This document shows, piece by piece, positions 40,216-49,208 of a DNA stretch of 64,000 bases (its first letter is position 1; the number at the start of each line of letters is the position of its first letter). This stretch comes from an uncultured Gemmatimonadales bacterium (lineage in GTDB: Bacteria; Gemmatimonadota; Gemmatimonadetes; Gemmatimonadales; Gemmatimonadaceae): the NCBI GenBank assembly GCA_963707505.1, contig CAVPQB010000005.1:99753-163752 (forward strand), written 5' to 3'. The notes below the pieces were generated by a model. That model searched no databases. It saw only the letters and a program-made list of their open reading frames with translations, and was not told where the DNA came from. Position numbers and translations under genes: made by a program.

Positions 40216-40842
40216 TTGAAACGCGTACCAGACTCTACAGTTCGTCGTCTCTCGCTCTATCTCGGATTCCTGGAGGAACTCGAAGAAAGCGGTGAAGCAA
40301 CCGTATCCAGCGATGTTCTCGCCCGCCTGGGCGGGACCACCTCGGCGCAAGTGCGCAAGGATCTGTCGATCTTTGGCTCGTTCGGCAAGCGAGGACTGGG
40401 CTATTTCGTCCCTGAGCTCACGACGCGACTGCGCGGTATCCTCGGGCTGGGACGGGACTGGCACGTGGCGATAGTCGGAGCTGGTAAGATCGGACTGGCG
40501 CTGGCTCAGTATCCGGGATTCCGGGAGAAGGGCTTCCACGTCTCGGCGCTTTACGACGCGTCGCCGGCAAAGGTTGGAACGCGGTTGGATTCGATTCCGG
40601 TGCGCGACGTGCACCGGCTGGCCAGCGACGCCGCGAAGGAGCACTTCGACATCGGCGTGATTGCTGTGCCGGCCGATGGCGCGCAGTTTGTCGCTGATAC
40701 GATGGTGGCCGCTGGCATCAAGGCAATCATGAACTTCGCGCCCGTGCAGATCACCGTTCCGCCAGACGTCGTGACGCGTACCGTGAACATGGGGCTGGAA
40801 TTCGAGGCGCTATCGTTCGCCCTGGCGAACCTCTCTAAATAG
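40216..40842 (+). CDS. rex: Redox-sensing transcriptional repressor Rex
   Basis: STVRRLSLY, SAQVRKDLS.FG.FGKRG.GY, VGAGKIG.AL, NFAP; start taken as TTG 40216. Confidence 0.97.
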   Translation: MKRVPDSTVRRLSLYLGFLEELEESGEATVSSDVLARLGGTTSAQVRKDLSIFGSFGKRGLGYFVPELTTRLRGILGLGRDWHVAIVGAGKIGLALAQYPGFREKGFHVSALYDASPAKVGTRLDSIPVRDVHRLASDAAKEHFDIGVIAVPADGAQFVADTMVAAGIKAIMNFAPVQITVPPDVVTRTVNMGLEFEALSFALANLSK

Positions 40843-41619
40843 CTCGACGAACTGTAGCGGCGTAAGCCGCTCGGGCCGCTCGGTGGGTGGAATACCGAGC
40901 GCCGCCAGTGCGTCAAACGTCACCGCGGGAACGCCCGAAGCCGATGGTGGCAGGCTGCGCAGAATCGTTCCGATCTGCTTGCGCCTCTGACTGAACAGAC
41001 TCTGCACGAAAGAGCGGAAACGTCCCTGCTCTCCCTCGCCGAGGACCGGATCGGTCAGCGGCGTGATGCGTATCACGGATGAGTCCACTTTCGGCGGAGG
41101 CTTGAATGCGCCGGGCGGAATGTCGAATACGCGCTCGACCCGTGCGAGCACCTGCAGGTTGACCGACAACGCACCGTAGCTTTTGGACCCGGCATCCGCC
41201 ATTGCACGAGTCGCAACTTCGCGCTGCACCAGAAACACCGCGCGACTCGGGAGCGAGCACGCAAGCGCGTGAAACATGATCGGCGTCGTGATGTAATACG
41301 GCACGTTTCCAACGAGCAGATAACCAGGACCGCCCAGTGCGCCGGGATCAGTCTTGAGTATGTCTGCTTCCACAATCTCTACGCTCGGCATCAGCGCGAA
41401 TCGCTCGCGCAGCAACGCCGCGAGTGCGCGATCGAGTTCCACTGCGACTACACGTCCCGCGCGTTTGACGAGAATGTCGGTGAGCGCGCCGCGGCCGGGC
41501 CCGATCTCGAGCACCGTGTCGGTCTCGGTCGGCGCGAGTGCGTCGACGATTCGTGCAAGCGCGCGCTCATCCGCAAGGAAGTGCTGGCCCAAGCCGTTTG
41601 AGCGTGGGCGGGAATCCAT
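40810..41619 (-). CDS. rsmA: 16S rRNA m6,2A dimethyltransferase
   Basis: LGQHFL, LEIGPGRG, GNVPYYITTP, FKPPPKVDS, QRRK. Confidence 0.97.
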   Translation of the reverse strand: MDSRPRSNGLGQHFLADERALARIVDALAPTETDTVLEIGPGRGALTDILVKRAGRVVAVELDRALAALLRERFALMPSVEIVEADILKTDPGALGGPGYLLVGNVPYYITTPIMFHALACSLPSRAVFLVQREVATRAMADAGSKSYGALSVNLQVLARVERVFDIPPGAFKPPPKVDSSVIRITPLTDPVLGEGEQGRFRSFVQSLFSQRRKQIGTILRSLPPSASGVPAVTFDALAALGIPPTERPERLTPLQFVELFREVRQGER

Positions 41620-41634
41620 CGCGTGTACGCGTGA

Positions 41635-42918
41635 TCAGCTCCGGAGCACGACGAGCGTGAGATCGTCGCGGGGCGGAATGTCGCCGGTGTGCTGGTTCAG
41701 CGCGTCGAATACGCGATCGACTATCACCGCAGGCGGCTCCGTGGCGTAGCGCTTGATCGTGTCGAGCACGCGACGCTCACCCATTGGTTGTCCGGCGTCG
41801 TTGAGCGCATCGGTGATTCCGTCGGTGAATAACACGAGCAGGTCCTTTTCGGACGTCCATTTGACCGTGCGCGACGTCGGTGCCTCGTCGCTCATGCCCA
41901 GCGGCGGGTCGATAGCACCGAGACGCTCCGGCTCGGCATTCGGACGGCAACAGAACACGTGGGGATGTCCTGCGTTGGCATACTGAAGCGTGCCGTTCTG
42001 CCTGTCCACCACCCCGTAGAACAGAGTGATGAACATCTCCGTGTTCGAAAGCTCTTCGCGCAGCGAGTAGAGCAGCGCATGCAGCATCGCGCCGGGATCG
42101 AGCGTGCTCTGCGCGTGAATCGCCGCGGCGCTCATCGTCAGCGCCATGATGAGCGCGGCCCGGTATCCGTGACTCGAAACGTCGCCGATCATCACGCCCG
42201 TTGCAGAGGGTGTGAGTCTGAACAGGTGATAGAAGTCGCCACCGACGCTCTCAGCGGGAACGACGCGCGCCGAAGCCTCGGCCTGCGGCGCGACCACGTC
42301 GCCGCTGGGCAGAAGCTTCATCTGCAGATCGTGCGCGAGTCGCACTTCCTGCAGCAACCGCTGCTGCTCGATGGATTCGCGCACGAGTCGCGCGTTCTGA
42401 ATCGCGCTGCCGATCTGTGTGGCGATAGCGGCAACGAGCTTGACGTCGCCGGCGCTGAACGCCGCACCGGTGGATCTGTTGGTCAGACTGACGGCGCCAA
42501 GCAGCTCGGGACGGCCGGCCTCCCCCGTCCACATGATCGGCACGGCGAGCACCGCGCCAATGCGAAAGCCGTCATCCGTGACGTCGTCATCGGGAGCGAT
42601 GACGACCGAGTGACGACCTCGAAATGCGCGTGCGGCGAGATTGCGCGGATCAGACAACGAGACGCTCGGAAGCGCGTGTGGGACACCGACGGACGCGATT
42701 GGATCGAGCATGTCGCTACCGGGCTCGCACGTGTAGATCGCGGCGCGGCGCGCTCCCACCGTTTCCGATACTTCGCGGAGAATCGTAGTCGCTGCACGAT
42801 CGAGCGAGACCGTGCGACCGAGGATCTCGCTGATCGTGTAGAGAAGATTGATCTCCTCGTAGCGCTCGGCCAGTTCGCGCGCGGCGTTCTCGATCTCGAG
42901 CTCGAGGTCGCGTGACAT
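41635..42918 (-). CDS. GAF-domain SpoIIE/RsbU-family PP2C phosphatase
   Basis: GAF region, VGGDFY, IGDVSSHG, YANAGH, FTDGITD, RDDLT. Confidence 0.93.
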   Translation of the reverse strand: MSRDLELEIENAARELAERYEEINLLYTISEILGRTVSLDRAATTILREVSETVGARRAAIYTCEPGSDMLDPIASVGVPHALPSVSLSDPRNLAARAFRGRHSVVIAPDDDVTDDGFRIGAVLAVPIMWTGEAGRPELLGAVSLTNRSTGAAFSAGDVKLVAAIATQIGSAIQNARLVRESIEQQRLLQEVRLAHDLQMKLLPSGDVVAPQAEASARVVPAESVGGDFYHLFRLTPSATGVMIGDVSSHGYRAALIMALTMSAAAIHAQSTLDPGAMLHALLYSLREELSNTEMFITLFYGVVDRQNGTLQYANAGHPHVFCCRPNAEPERLGAIDPPLGMSDEAPTSRTVKWTSEKDLLVLFTDGITDALNDAGQPMGERRVLDTIKRYATEPPAVIVDRVFDALNQHTGDIPPRDDLTLVVLRS

Positions 42919-43423
42919 CAGCGGTTCAGCGTGAGGCGTACGACGTGCTGTGGACCGCGGAATTGCTCGACACGATCCATCAGCTGGTGCATGAGAAAGA
43001 TGCCTCGACCGTCCTCGCGCGTGATGTATTCGGGAGTAGTCGGATCGCGCGACTCCTTCTGCATATCGAAGCCGCTACCCTCGTCCACCACGTCGAACAC
43101 GAGCGCCTGATCGGACACGGTCGCGCGCAGGCGAACGTGTTTGCGCGGGTCTTCGTGATTACCGCGGATTATCGCGTTGGAAAGCGCTTCGCTGAGCGCG
43201 ACCGGAATGTTCAGCGAGCACTGACGCCGCGACAAGTGCAGCGACTTGCAGTGCTCGGTGACCAGATTTACGATCGGCTCGATCTGTTTGACGTCGCTCG
43301 GGATCTCGACATCGAGCGCGACGTAGGAAGGCGTCACCGCGTCGAAGGGCGTGTCGTCAGGAACGTCGCACGGGCCGGCCCACGCGACGTCAGCGAGCCG
43401 GCGATGCTCCGGATCGGGGACAT
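42918..43423 (-). CDS. RsbW-like anti-sigma factor / Ser kinase (HATPase_c); start uncertain
   Basis: ALSEALSNAIIRGN, DEGSGFD, GRGIFLM. Confidence 0.88.
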
Positions 43424-43755
43424 CAAAAGCCTTCGAGTGCCCGCTCCCTCGTGTCCGATATCTGGAAAAGCGTATCGAGCTTGGTGAGCTCGAAGAGCGT
43501 CTGCAGATCGTCGTTGAGATTGGCCAGACGCAGCTCGCCGCCATGCTCGCGGATCTTCTTGCTGAGCGAAACGAGGACGCCGAGTCCTGAGCTGTCGATG
43601 TAGCCGGTCTGCGCGAAGTCGATAAGGAACTTGCGGTCGCCCTTTTCCAGCTCGTCCAGCACTTTCTGCTTCAGCTCCTGGCGATTGCCGACGATCAGCT
43701 GCCCTTCGACGTCCACCACTACCACATCGCCGTTCTTCTTAAGCGTAAAGCTCAT
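43423..43755 (-). CDS. STAS-domain anti-sigma factor antagonist (RsbV-like)
   Basis: [10 protein letters not shown] phosphoserine motif, LFELTKL. Confidence 0.93.
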   Translation of the reverse strand: MSFTLKKNGDVVVVDVEGQLIVGNRQELKQKVLDELEKGDRKFLIDFAQTGYIDSSGLGVLVSLSKKIREHGGELRLANLNDDLQTLFELTKLDTLFQISDTRERALEGF

Positions 43756-44631
43756 CCGTTCTCCGTTTGTAATGCCGTGATCGCCGTCACATTGATTATA
43801 TCGTCCACCGTCGCGCCGCGCGACAGATCGGCAGCGGGTCGCGCCAATCCCTGCAGAATTGGGCCGAGTGCCGCGGCGCCAGCAAGCCGCTGGACCAACT
43901 TGTACGCGATGTTGCCGGCGTCGAGCGACGGAAACACGAGGACGTTCGCACGTCCGCCGCAGGGCGAATCGGCGGCCTTTCGGGCCGCGACCGCCGGCAC
44001 CAACGCGGCGTCTCCTTGCAATTCTCCGTCCACCACGAGGGCTGGGGCACGGCGCCGCACGATATCAACCGCGGCCCGGACCAGATCCACCGAGGGGCCC
44101 GAAGCGCTCCCGGCGGTACTGAACGAGAGGAAGGCAATTATCGGCTCGTCGCCGACGATACGGCGACGGTCGCTCGCGGCCGAGATTGCGATGTCGGCGA
44201 GCTGACTCGCGGTCGGATACGGTACGACCGCACAATCGGTAAATGTGAGAACCGGGGACGCCGCTTCCCAATCCCTTCCGGCGACCATGTAGAATGCGCT
44301 GGAGACGGTGAGCATGCCCGGGCGCGAGGCCGATCTTGCGGATCGCGGCGCGCAGAACGTCGCGCGTGGTGGTGACGGCGCCGGCAACCATCCCGTCGGC
44401 AACGCCGGCGGCGACCATTTCAGCGGCACGATCGAGAGCGTCGGGGCCCTGGTCGATCAGCACAGGATCGCAGATACCCATTGCGTCGAGGCGTTCCGCG
44501 GCCGCGAGGACGCGCGGGTCGCCGCTTTCCGGGAAGGCGATGCGGCGCTTCGATCGCGCTGCACGTGTCCGGAGCCCGGCGATGAAGCTGTGAAGACGTT
44601 CGTCCTTCACTGGCTGTTCGCTGCCTTTCAC
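43752..44631 (-). CDS. pta: Phosphate acetyltransferase (short; frameshift near 44318)
   Basis: [52 protein letters not shown]. Confidence 0.9.
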
Positions 44632-45113
44632 TGATGATCGAACTTGGCGCGGAGAGCTTCGGCGACCTTGGGATGCACGAGCCCCGTGAGGTCGCCACCG
44701 TAGCGCGCAACCTCGCGCACGATGCTCGAGCTGATGTAGGTGGTCTCCACCGAGGGGACCATGAAGACGGTTTCGATCCCTGGGCCGAGGTGGCGATTCA
44801 TGAGTGCCATCTGGAATTCGTACTCGAAATCGCCGGCTGCGCGCAAGCCGCGGATGATCAGCGATGCGCCGATCGAGCGCGCGAAATCGGCGAGGAGCCC
44901 ATCGAACGGACGCACGGTTATCCCCGGCGCATTGCCGATGGTGCACCTGATGAGCTGTGTTCGCTCCTCGATGGAGAACAGCGGACGCTTGCTCGAATTG
45001 GTCGTGACGGCGATGACAAGCTCGTCCACGAATGTCCGGCTGCGGCGCGCGAGCTCCTCGTGCCCTCGGGTCATCGGGTCGAAGCTGCCAGCATAAACGG
45101 CGATTGTCGGCAT
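44628..45113 (-). CDS. coaD: Pantetheine-phosphate adenylyltransferase
   Basis: YAGSFDPMTRGH, RGLRAAGDFEYE, ISSSIVREV. Confidence 0.97.
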   Translation of the reverse strand: MPTIAVYAGSFDPMTRGHEELARRSRTFVDELVIAVTTNSSKRPLFSIEERTQLIRCTIGNAPGITVRPFDGLLADFARSIGASLIIRGLRAAGDFEYEFQMALMNRHLGPGIETVFMVPSVETTYISSSIVREVARYGGDLTGLVHPKVAEALRAKFDHQ

Positions 45114-45625
45114 CAGCGATAGAAGGTAACGCCGGAATCGCCATACCGCCGCGTCTCGCCGCCCGCAGGCATGACGACAGCGCGCGCGTGCTCGATTCCG
45201 ATCATGTTCGAAAATGGTGCACGTAGCCAGCGCTCCGCGAGCCGCATCGCGGCGTCTGTCGCGTAGGGAGGGTCTGCGAAAACAACGTCGTACGAGCCGG
45301 GCGCGAGCGAGTCGGCAAAGGCGATGGCATCCGAGCGGAACAGCGTCGCCCGATCGGTAGCGTGGAGTGTAGCCAGATTTTCGCGGAGAATGCTGAGCGA
45401 TCGCGGATCTGAATCGACGAATTCCGCACTCACGGCGCCGCGCGACAGAGCCTCGATTCCGAGCGCGCCCGAGCCCGCGAAGAGATCGAGCACGCGCGCA
45501 CCGGGAAGTGACAGTTGAACTATGCTCATCCACGCCTCTCGAACACGATCGAGCGTGGGACGCACCGTCTTACCGCGCGGCGCCTTGATTATCCGTCCGC
45601 GCCACTCGCCGCCGACAATCCTCAT
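45113..45625 (-). CDS. rsmD: 16S rRNA m2G966 methyltransferase
   Basis: MRIVGG, RPTLDRVRE, LDLFAGSGALG, ADPPY. Confidence 0.95.
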   Translation of the reverse strand: MRIVGGEWRGRIIKAPRGKTVRPTLDRVREAWMSIVQLSLPGARVLDLFAGSGALGIEALSRGAVSAEFVDSDPRSLSILRENLATLHATDRATLFRSDAIAFADSLAPGSYDVVFADPPYATDAAMRLAERWLRAPFSNMIGIEHARAVVMPAGGETRRYGDSGVTFYR

Positions 45626-47331
45626 CGCACGACGATGTCTGCGAGACGGGCCTGAAGACGGCTTTCCCCTCTGTACTCATCGCGCTCCAGGCGAAACGCG
45701 ACATCGAGCGCCTTTCCGGCGCGAATTGCGGGCGCAAGGTCGGCCATCCCCCATCCGATCGCTTCGAGCTGAGTGCCGTTGGGGCCGACGAGAGTGAGCT
45801 TGAGTCCATCACGCCCGACGACTCTCGGAATTCCGAATACCGTGACGTTCCGCGCTGCGAAGACCGGCGCAGGATTACCGACGCCGAACGGCTCGAAGTG
45901 TCGCAACGTCGTTTCGAGATCGAGCGTTTCCTGATCGAGCTCGATCTCGGCGTCGACGCGGAGCTCGGGCACAAGCTCGTCGAGGGTAAGGCGCGCACGC
46001 ACTACTTCGTCGAAACGATGAGTGAAGGCACCGAGCTGATCAGTGGCAATCGTGATTCCAGCAGCCGCTCGGTGGCCTCCGAATCTGAGCAACAAATCGG
46101 AGCACTGTACCAGCGCCGAATGGAGATCGAATCCTGGAATCGAGCGCCCGCTTCCCTTGCCCACGCCGTCTTCAAGCGCGATCATGATCACCGGCCGCGA
46201 AAATTCTTCGACGATGCGCGACGCAACTATACCGATGACACCGGGATGCCAGCCTTCTTTCGCGAGGACAAGTCCGATCGCGCCCTCCGTGACCTGGCGT
46301 TCGGCCATTACGCGTGCATCATCCAGTGTCGTGCGATCCAGCGCCTGACGACGCTGATTCAACTCTTCCAGCTCGCGCGCGATTACGTTCGCCTCGTGCT
46401 CGGAATCCGTGAGCAGCAACTCCACTCCACGCAATGCGTGACCGAGTCGTCCCGCAGCATTCAACCGCGGCGCCAGTGTGAAGCCGATACGGCCCGCGGT
46501 GAGTGGCTTGCCATCCATCCCTGAAGCTCGGAGCAACGCACGCAGGCCCACGTTCTCGGTCTCGGAGATCATTCGCATGCCGTACCGAACGAAGATCCGA
46601 TTCTCTCCGCGCAACGATGCGACGTCCGCAACTGTCGCGAGCGCAACGAGGTCCAGCATCTTCCAGATGAATGCGTCACTGACCTTCAATGCGCTCGCCA
46701 ACGCGAGCGCAAGCTTGAACGCCACACCAACCGCGGCGAGATCCTTGTCGGGGTAGTCGCAGTCGGGGCGCCGCGGATTGAGCAGCGCCAGAGAATCGGG
46801 GAACGTCTCACGAGGCAGGTGATGGTCGCTGATCACAACGTCGATCCCGGCAGCGTTCAGCGCAGCAACGGGCTCGAGCGCGCTGGTGCCGCAATCGCAC
46901 GTAACCACGATCTTCGCGCCGATCTCGATTGCGTGTTTCACTCCCGCGGCGCCGAGGTCGTAGCCATCCGTCATACGATTCGGAATGAATGGAACTACAT
47001 TGCCGCCGAAACCACGAATCGCGCGCACGAGCAGCGTCGTCGAACAGATTCCATCAACGTCATAGTCGCCGTGGATCATGATGAGCTCGCCGCCATGGAT
47101 CGCGCGTACGAGGCGTTCCACCGCCACTTCCAGGCTCATCATCGCCGTGCCGTCGTGCAGCTGATCCAGCCGCGGCCGAAGAAAGCGCTTGGCGGCTTCG
47201 GTCTCGCCGTAACCGCGATGAACGAGCAGGCGCGCGATCGGCGCGGACACACCGAGCGCCGCAGCGAGCGTGGTGACCGACGCGATATCGATCACTGGCG
47301 CTTCAGTCCAACGGGTTTTTGCGCGCGTCAT
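45622..47331 (-). CDS. recJ: Single-stranded DNA exonuclease RecJ
   Basis: GDYDVDG, DCG, SDHH, APRLNAAGR, GSGRS, GGHRAAAG, EPFGVGN. Confidence 0.98.
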   Translation of the reverse strand: MTRAKTRWTEAPVIDIASVTTLAAALGVSAPIARLLVHRGYGETEAAKRFLRPRLDQLHDGTAMMSLEVAVERLVRAIHGGELIMIHGDYDVDGICSTTLLVRAIRGFGGNVVPFIPNRMTDGYDLGAAGVKHAIEIGAKIVVTCDCGTSALEPVAALNAAGIDVVISDHHLPRETFPDSLALLNPRRPDCDYPDKDLAAVGVAFKLALALASALKVSDAFIWKMLDLVALATVADVASLRGENRIFVRYGMRMISETENVGLRALLRASGMDGKPLTAGRIGFTLAPRLNAAGRLGHALRGVELLLTDSEHEANVIARELEELNQRRQALDRTTLDDARVMAERQVTEGAIGLVLAKEGWHPGVIGIVASRIVEEFSRPVIMIALEDGVGKGSGRSIPGFDLHSALVQCSDLLLRFGGHRAAAGITIATDQLGAFTHRFDEVVRARLTLDELVPELRVDAEIELDQETLDLETTLRHFEPFGVGNPAPVFAARNVTVFGIPRVVGRDGLKLTLVGPNGTQLEAIGWGMADLAPAIRAGKALDVAFRLERDEYRGESRLQARLADIVVR

Positions 47332-49208
47332 TCGCGTGGCGCTCGCTTGGGTGGATTCAGCACCTTGCCGTACGACTTGGCCGCGGGTTGGCCGAGCGAT
47401 TTGCGCTCTTGTTGCAGCTTCACCTTCTTCATCAACATGTCGGTCTGTTCCTGTACGGTGCCAACGCTCATCGTGCGGTCGATCTCGGCCTGGCTCGCTT
47501 CAATCTTGCGCATTTCAATGATCGCGATCGAAGCCGAAACCGTCTCGTCAGGATAAAGCAGCGCACCCCTCTCCTCCAGGATCGCGTTGAGCACGACAAT
47601 ATCGTTCGGCTCGAGCCGGTCCTCCAGGCGCTCAATCGTATAATCGTCGCTGAGGTCAAGCATCGCATAGAAAATGGCCCGGTAACGCTCGTCGATAAAG
47701 TCAGCGGGATCGATCTTCTCTGCTATTGCGACCGTTCGAGTTGGGTCATCGAGCATTGCGTGGATCAGTTCGCGCTCCGCTCCCGCTACGCCGCCATCGT
47801 GGATTCGCCTCCGCTCGCGGTGGCGCGCAGCAGGATGCGGCGGACCCGATTCACCGTAGGGATCGGCGGGCTCGCCATCATCTCCACTGATGCGTTCATC
47901 GGCGACCACGGGGCGAGGCTCACCGCGCGGAACGGTGTTCGCCTCTCGAATCAACGCCTCCTTCGCGATACCTGTCTTCTCCGCCGCCCGGCCGACATAC
48001 AGCTCGCGCAGCAACGGATCGGCCGTTGCGCGAATGGTCGGGAGCAACCTGTCGAGCGCTCGACGTTTCTTCTGCAACTCAGCGAACCATCCGCCGCGCT
48101 CGAGCAGTTGAATCTTGCGCTCGAACACATCCACCGACTGCGAGACCTGTTGCTCGAGCGCCGCAGCGCCATTCGCGCGAACGAATGTGTCCGGATCCTC
48201 TCCGTTGGGCAACGTGATGACACGTACAGCACACCCATGTCGCAACAGCTCATCGCCCGAACGGAACGTTGCCTTGAGACCGGCCTGATCGCTGTCGTAC
48301 AGCAGGTAAACGTTGCGCGTGTACCTCGCCACCATCGCACCCTGCGCTTCGGTGAGCGCCGTACCGAGTGGTGCCACGACTGTATCGATGCCAGCAATCA
48401 TGAGGCGTATCGCGTCCATGTATCCCTCGACGACGAACACACGATCAGCCTTGCGAATTGCGTTCTTGCACCAGCCCAGCGCGTACAGAGTCTTCGATTT
48501 ACTGAAGACCGGTGTTTCCGGTGAGTTCAGGTATTTGGGCTCCGCATCGCCCAGCGCGCGACCGCCGAACGCGACGTGCCGGCCTGACGCATCGAGGATC
48601 GGGAACATGACGCGATTACGAAAGCGCGGCCGCGGCTCGGAGTTCTCATCGCGGCGGCTCAGCAACCCACCTTCGAGCAGTCTCTCGACATCGAAGCCCA
48701 TCGTTCCCATGTGCGCGCGGAACGTACCGATGTCGTCGGGCGCGAATCCAAGCTCGAACCGATCCGCATCGGTGCGGGTAATCCCGCGGCCCTCGAGATA
48801 CGTACGCGCAACAATGGCGCGCTCGGAGTCCCACAGCTCGCGCTGGAAGTAATCTGCTGCCGCGGCGTTCATCTCCCAGAATGGATCGCGCGGATCGGGT
48901 CCAGCCCGCTCGATACGCTGCTGCGGAATCTCGATTCCGACGGTGGATGCGACAGCGCGCAGCGAGTCCGGAAAGCTCATGCCGAGCTGCTTCTGCAGAA
49001 ACGAAAATACGTCGCCGGACTCGCCGCACTTGAAGCAGTGATACTGGCCACGCCTGGGCGACACGCTGAAATTCGGATTCTTGCCACCGTGAAACGGGCA
49101 CGGCCCGCGAAAATCACCACCAGCGCGCTTGAGCTTCACGTGCTCGCCAATGATCTGCACGATGTCCGCGGCTTCGCGGACACGCTCGACTATCGGATCC
49201 GAGCTCAT
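47328..49208 (-). CDS. dnaG: DNA primase
   Basis: CPFH, HCFKC, FGGR, PKYLNSPET, EGYMD, YDSDQAG, DPD. Confidence 0.98.
   Translation of the reverse strand: MSSDPIVERVREAADIVQIIGEHVKLKRAGGDFRGPCPFHGGKNPNFSVSPRRGQYHCFKCGESGDVFSFLQKQLGMSFPDSLRAVASTVGIEIPQQRIERAGPDPRDPFWEMNAAAADYFQRELWDSERAIVARTYLEGRGITRTDADRFELGFAPDDIGTFRAHMGTMGFDVERLLEGGLLSRRDENSEPRPRFRNRVMFPILDASGRHVAFGGRALGDAEPKYLNSPETPVFSKSKTLYALGWCKNAIRKADRVFVVEGYMDAIRLMIAGIDTVVAPLGTALTEAQGAMVARYTRNVYLLYDSDQAGLKATFRSGDELLRHGCAVRVITLPNGEDPDTFVRANGAAALEQQVSQSVDVFERKIQLLERGGWFAELQKKRRALDRLLPTIRATADPLLRELYVGRAAEKTGIAKEALIREANTVPRGEPRPVVADERISGDDGEPADPYGESGPPHPAARHRERRRIHDGGVAGAERELIHAMLDDPTRTVAIAEKIDPADFIDERYRAIFYAMLDLSDDYTIERLEDRLEPNDIVVLNAILEERGALLYPDETVSASIAIIEMRKIEASQAEIDRTMSVGTVQEQTDMLMKKVKLQQERKSLGQPAAKSYGKVLNPPKRAPRE

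Noticed and set aside
40810..40842. 33-nt convergent overlap of rex and rsmA as antisense regulation
   Set aside because: Short 3' overlaps are common in dense genomes and nothing else supports a function
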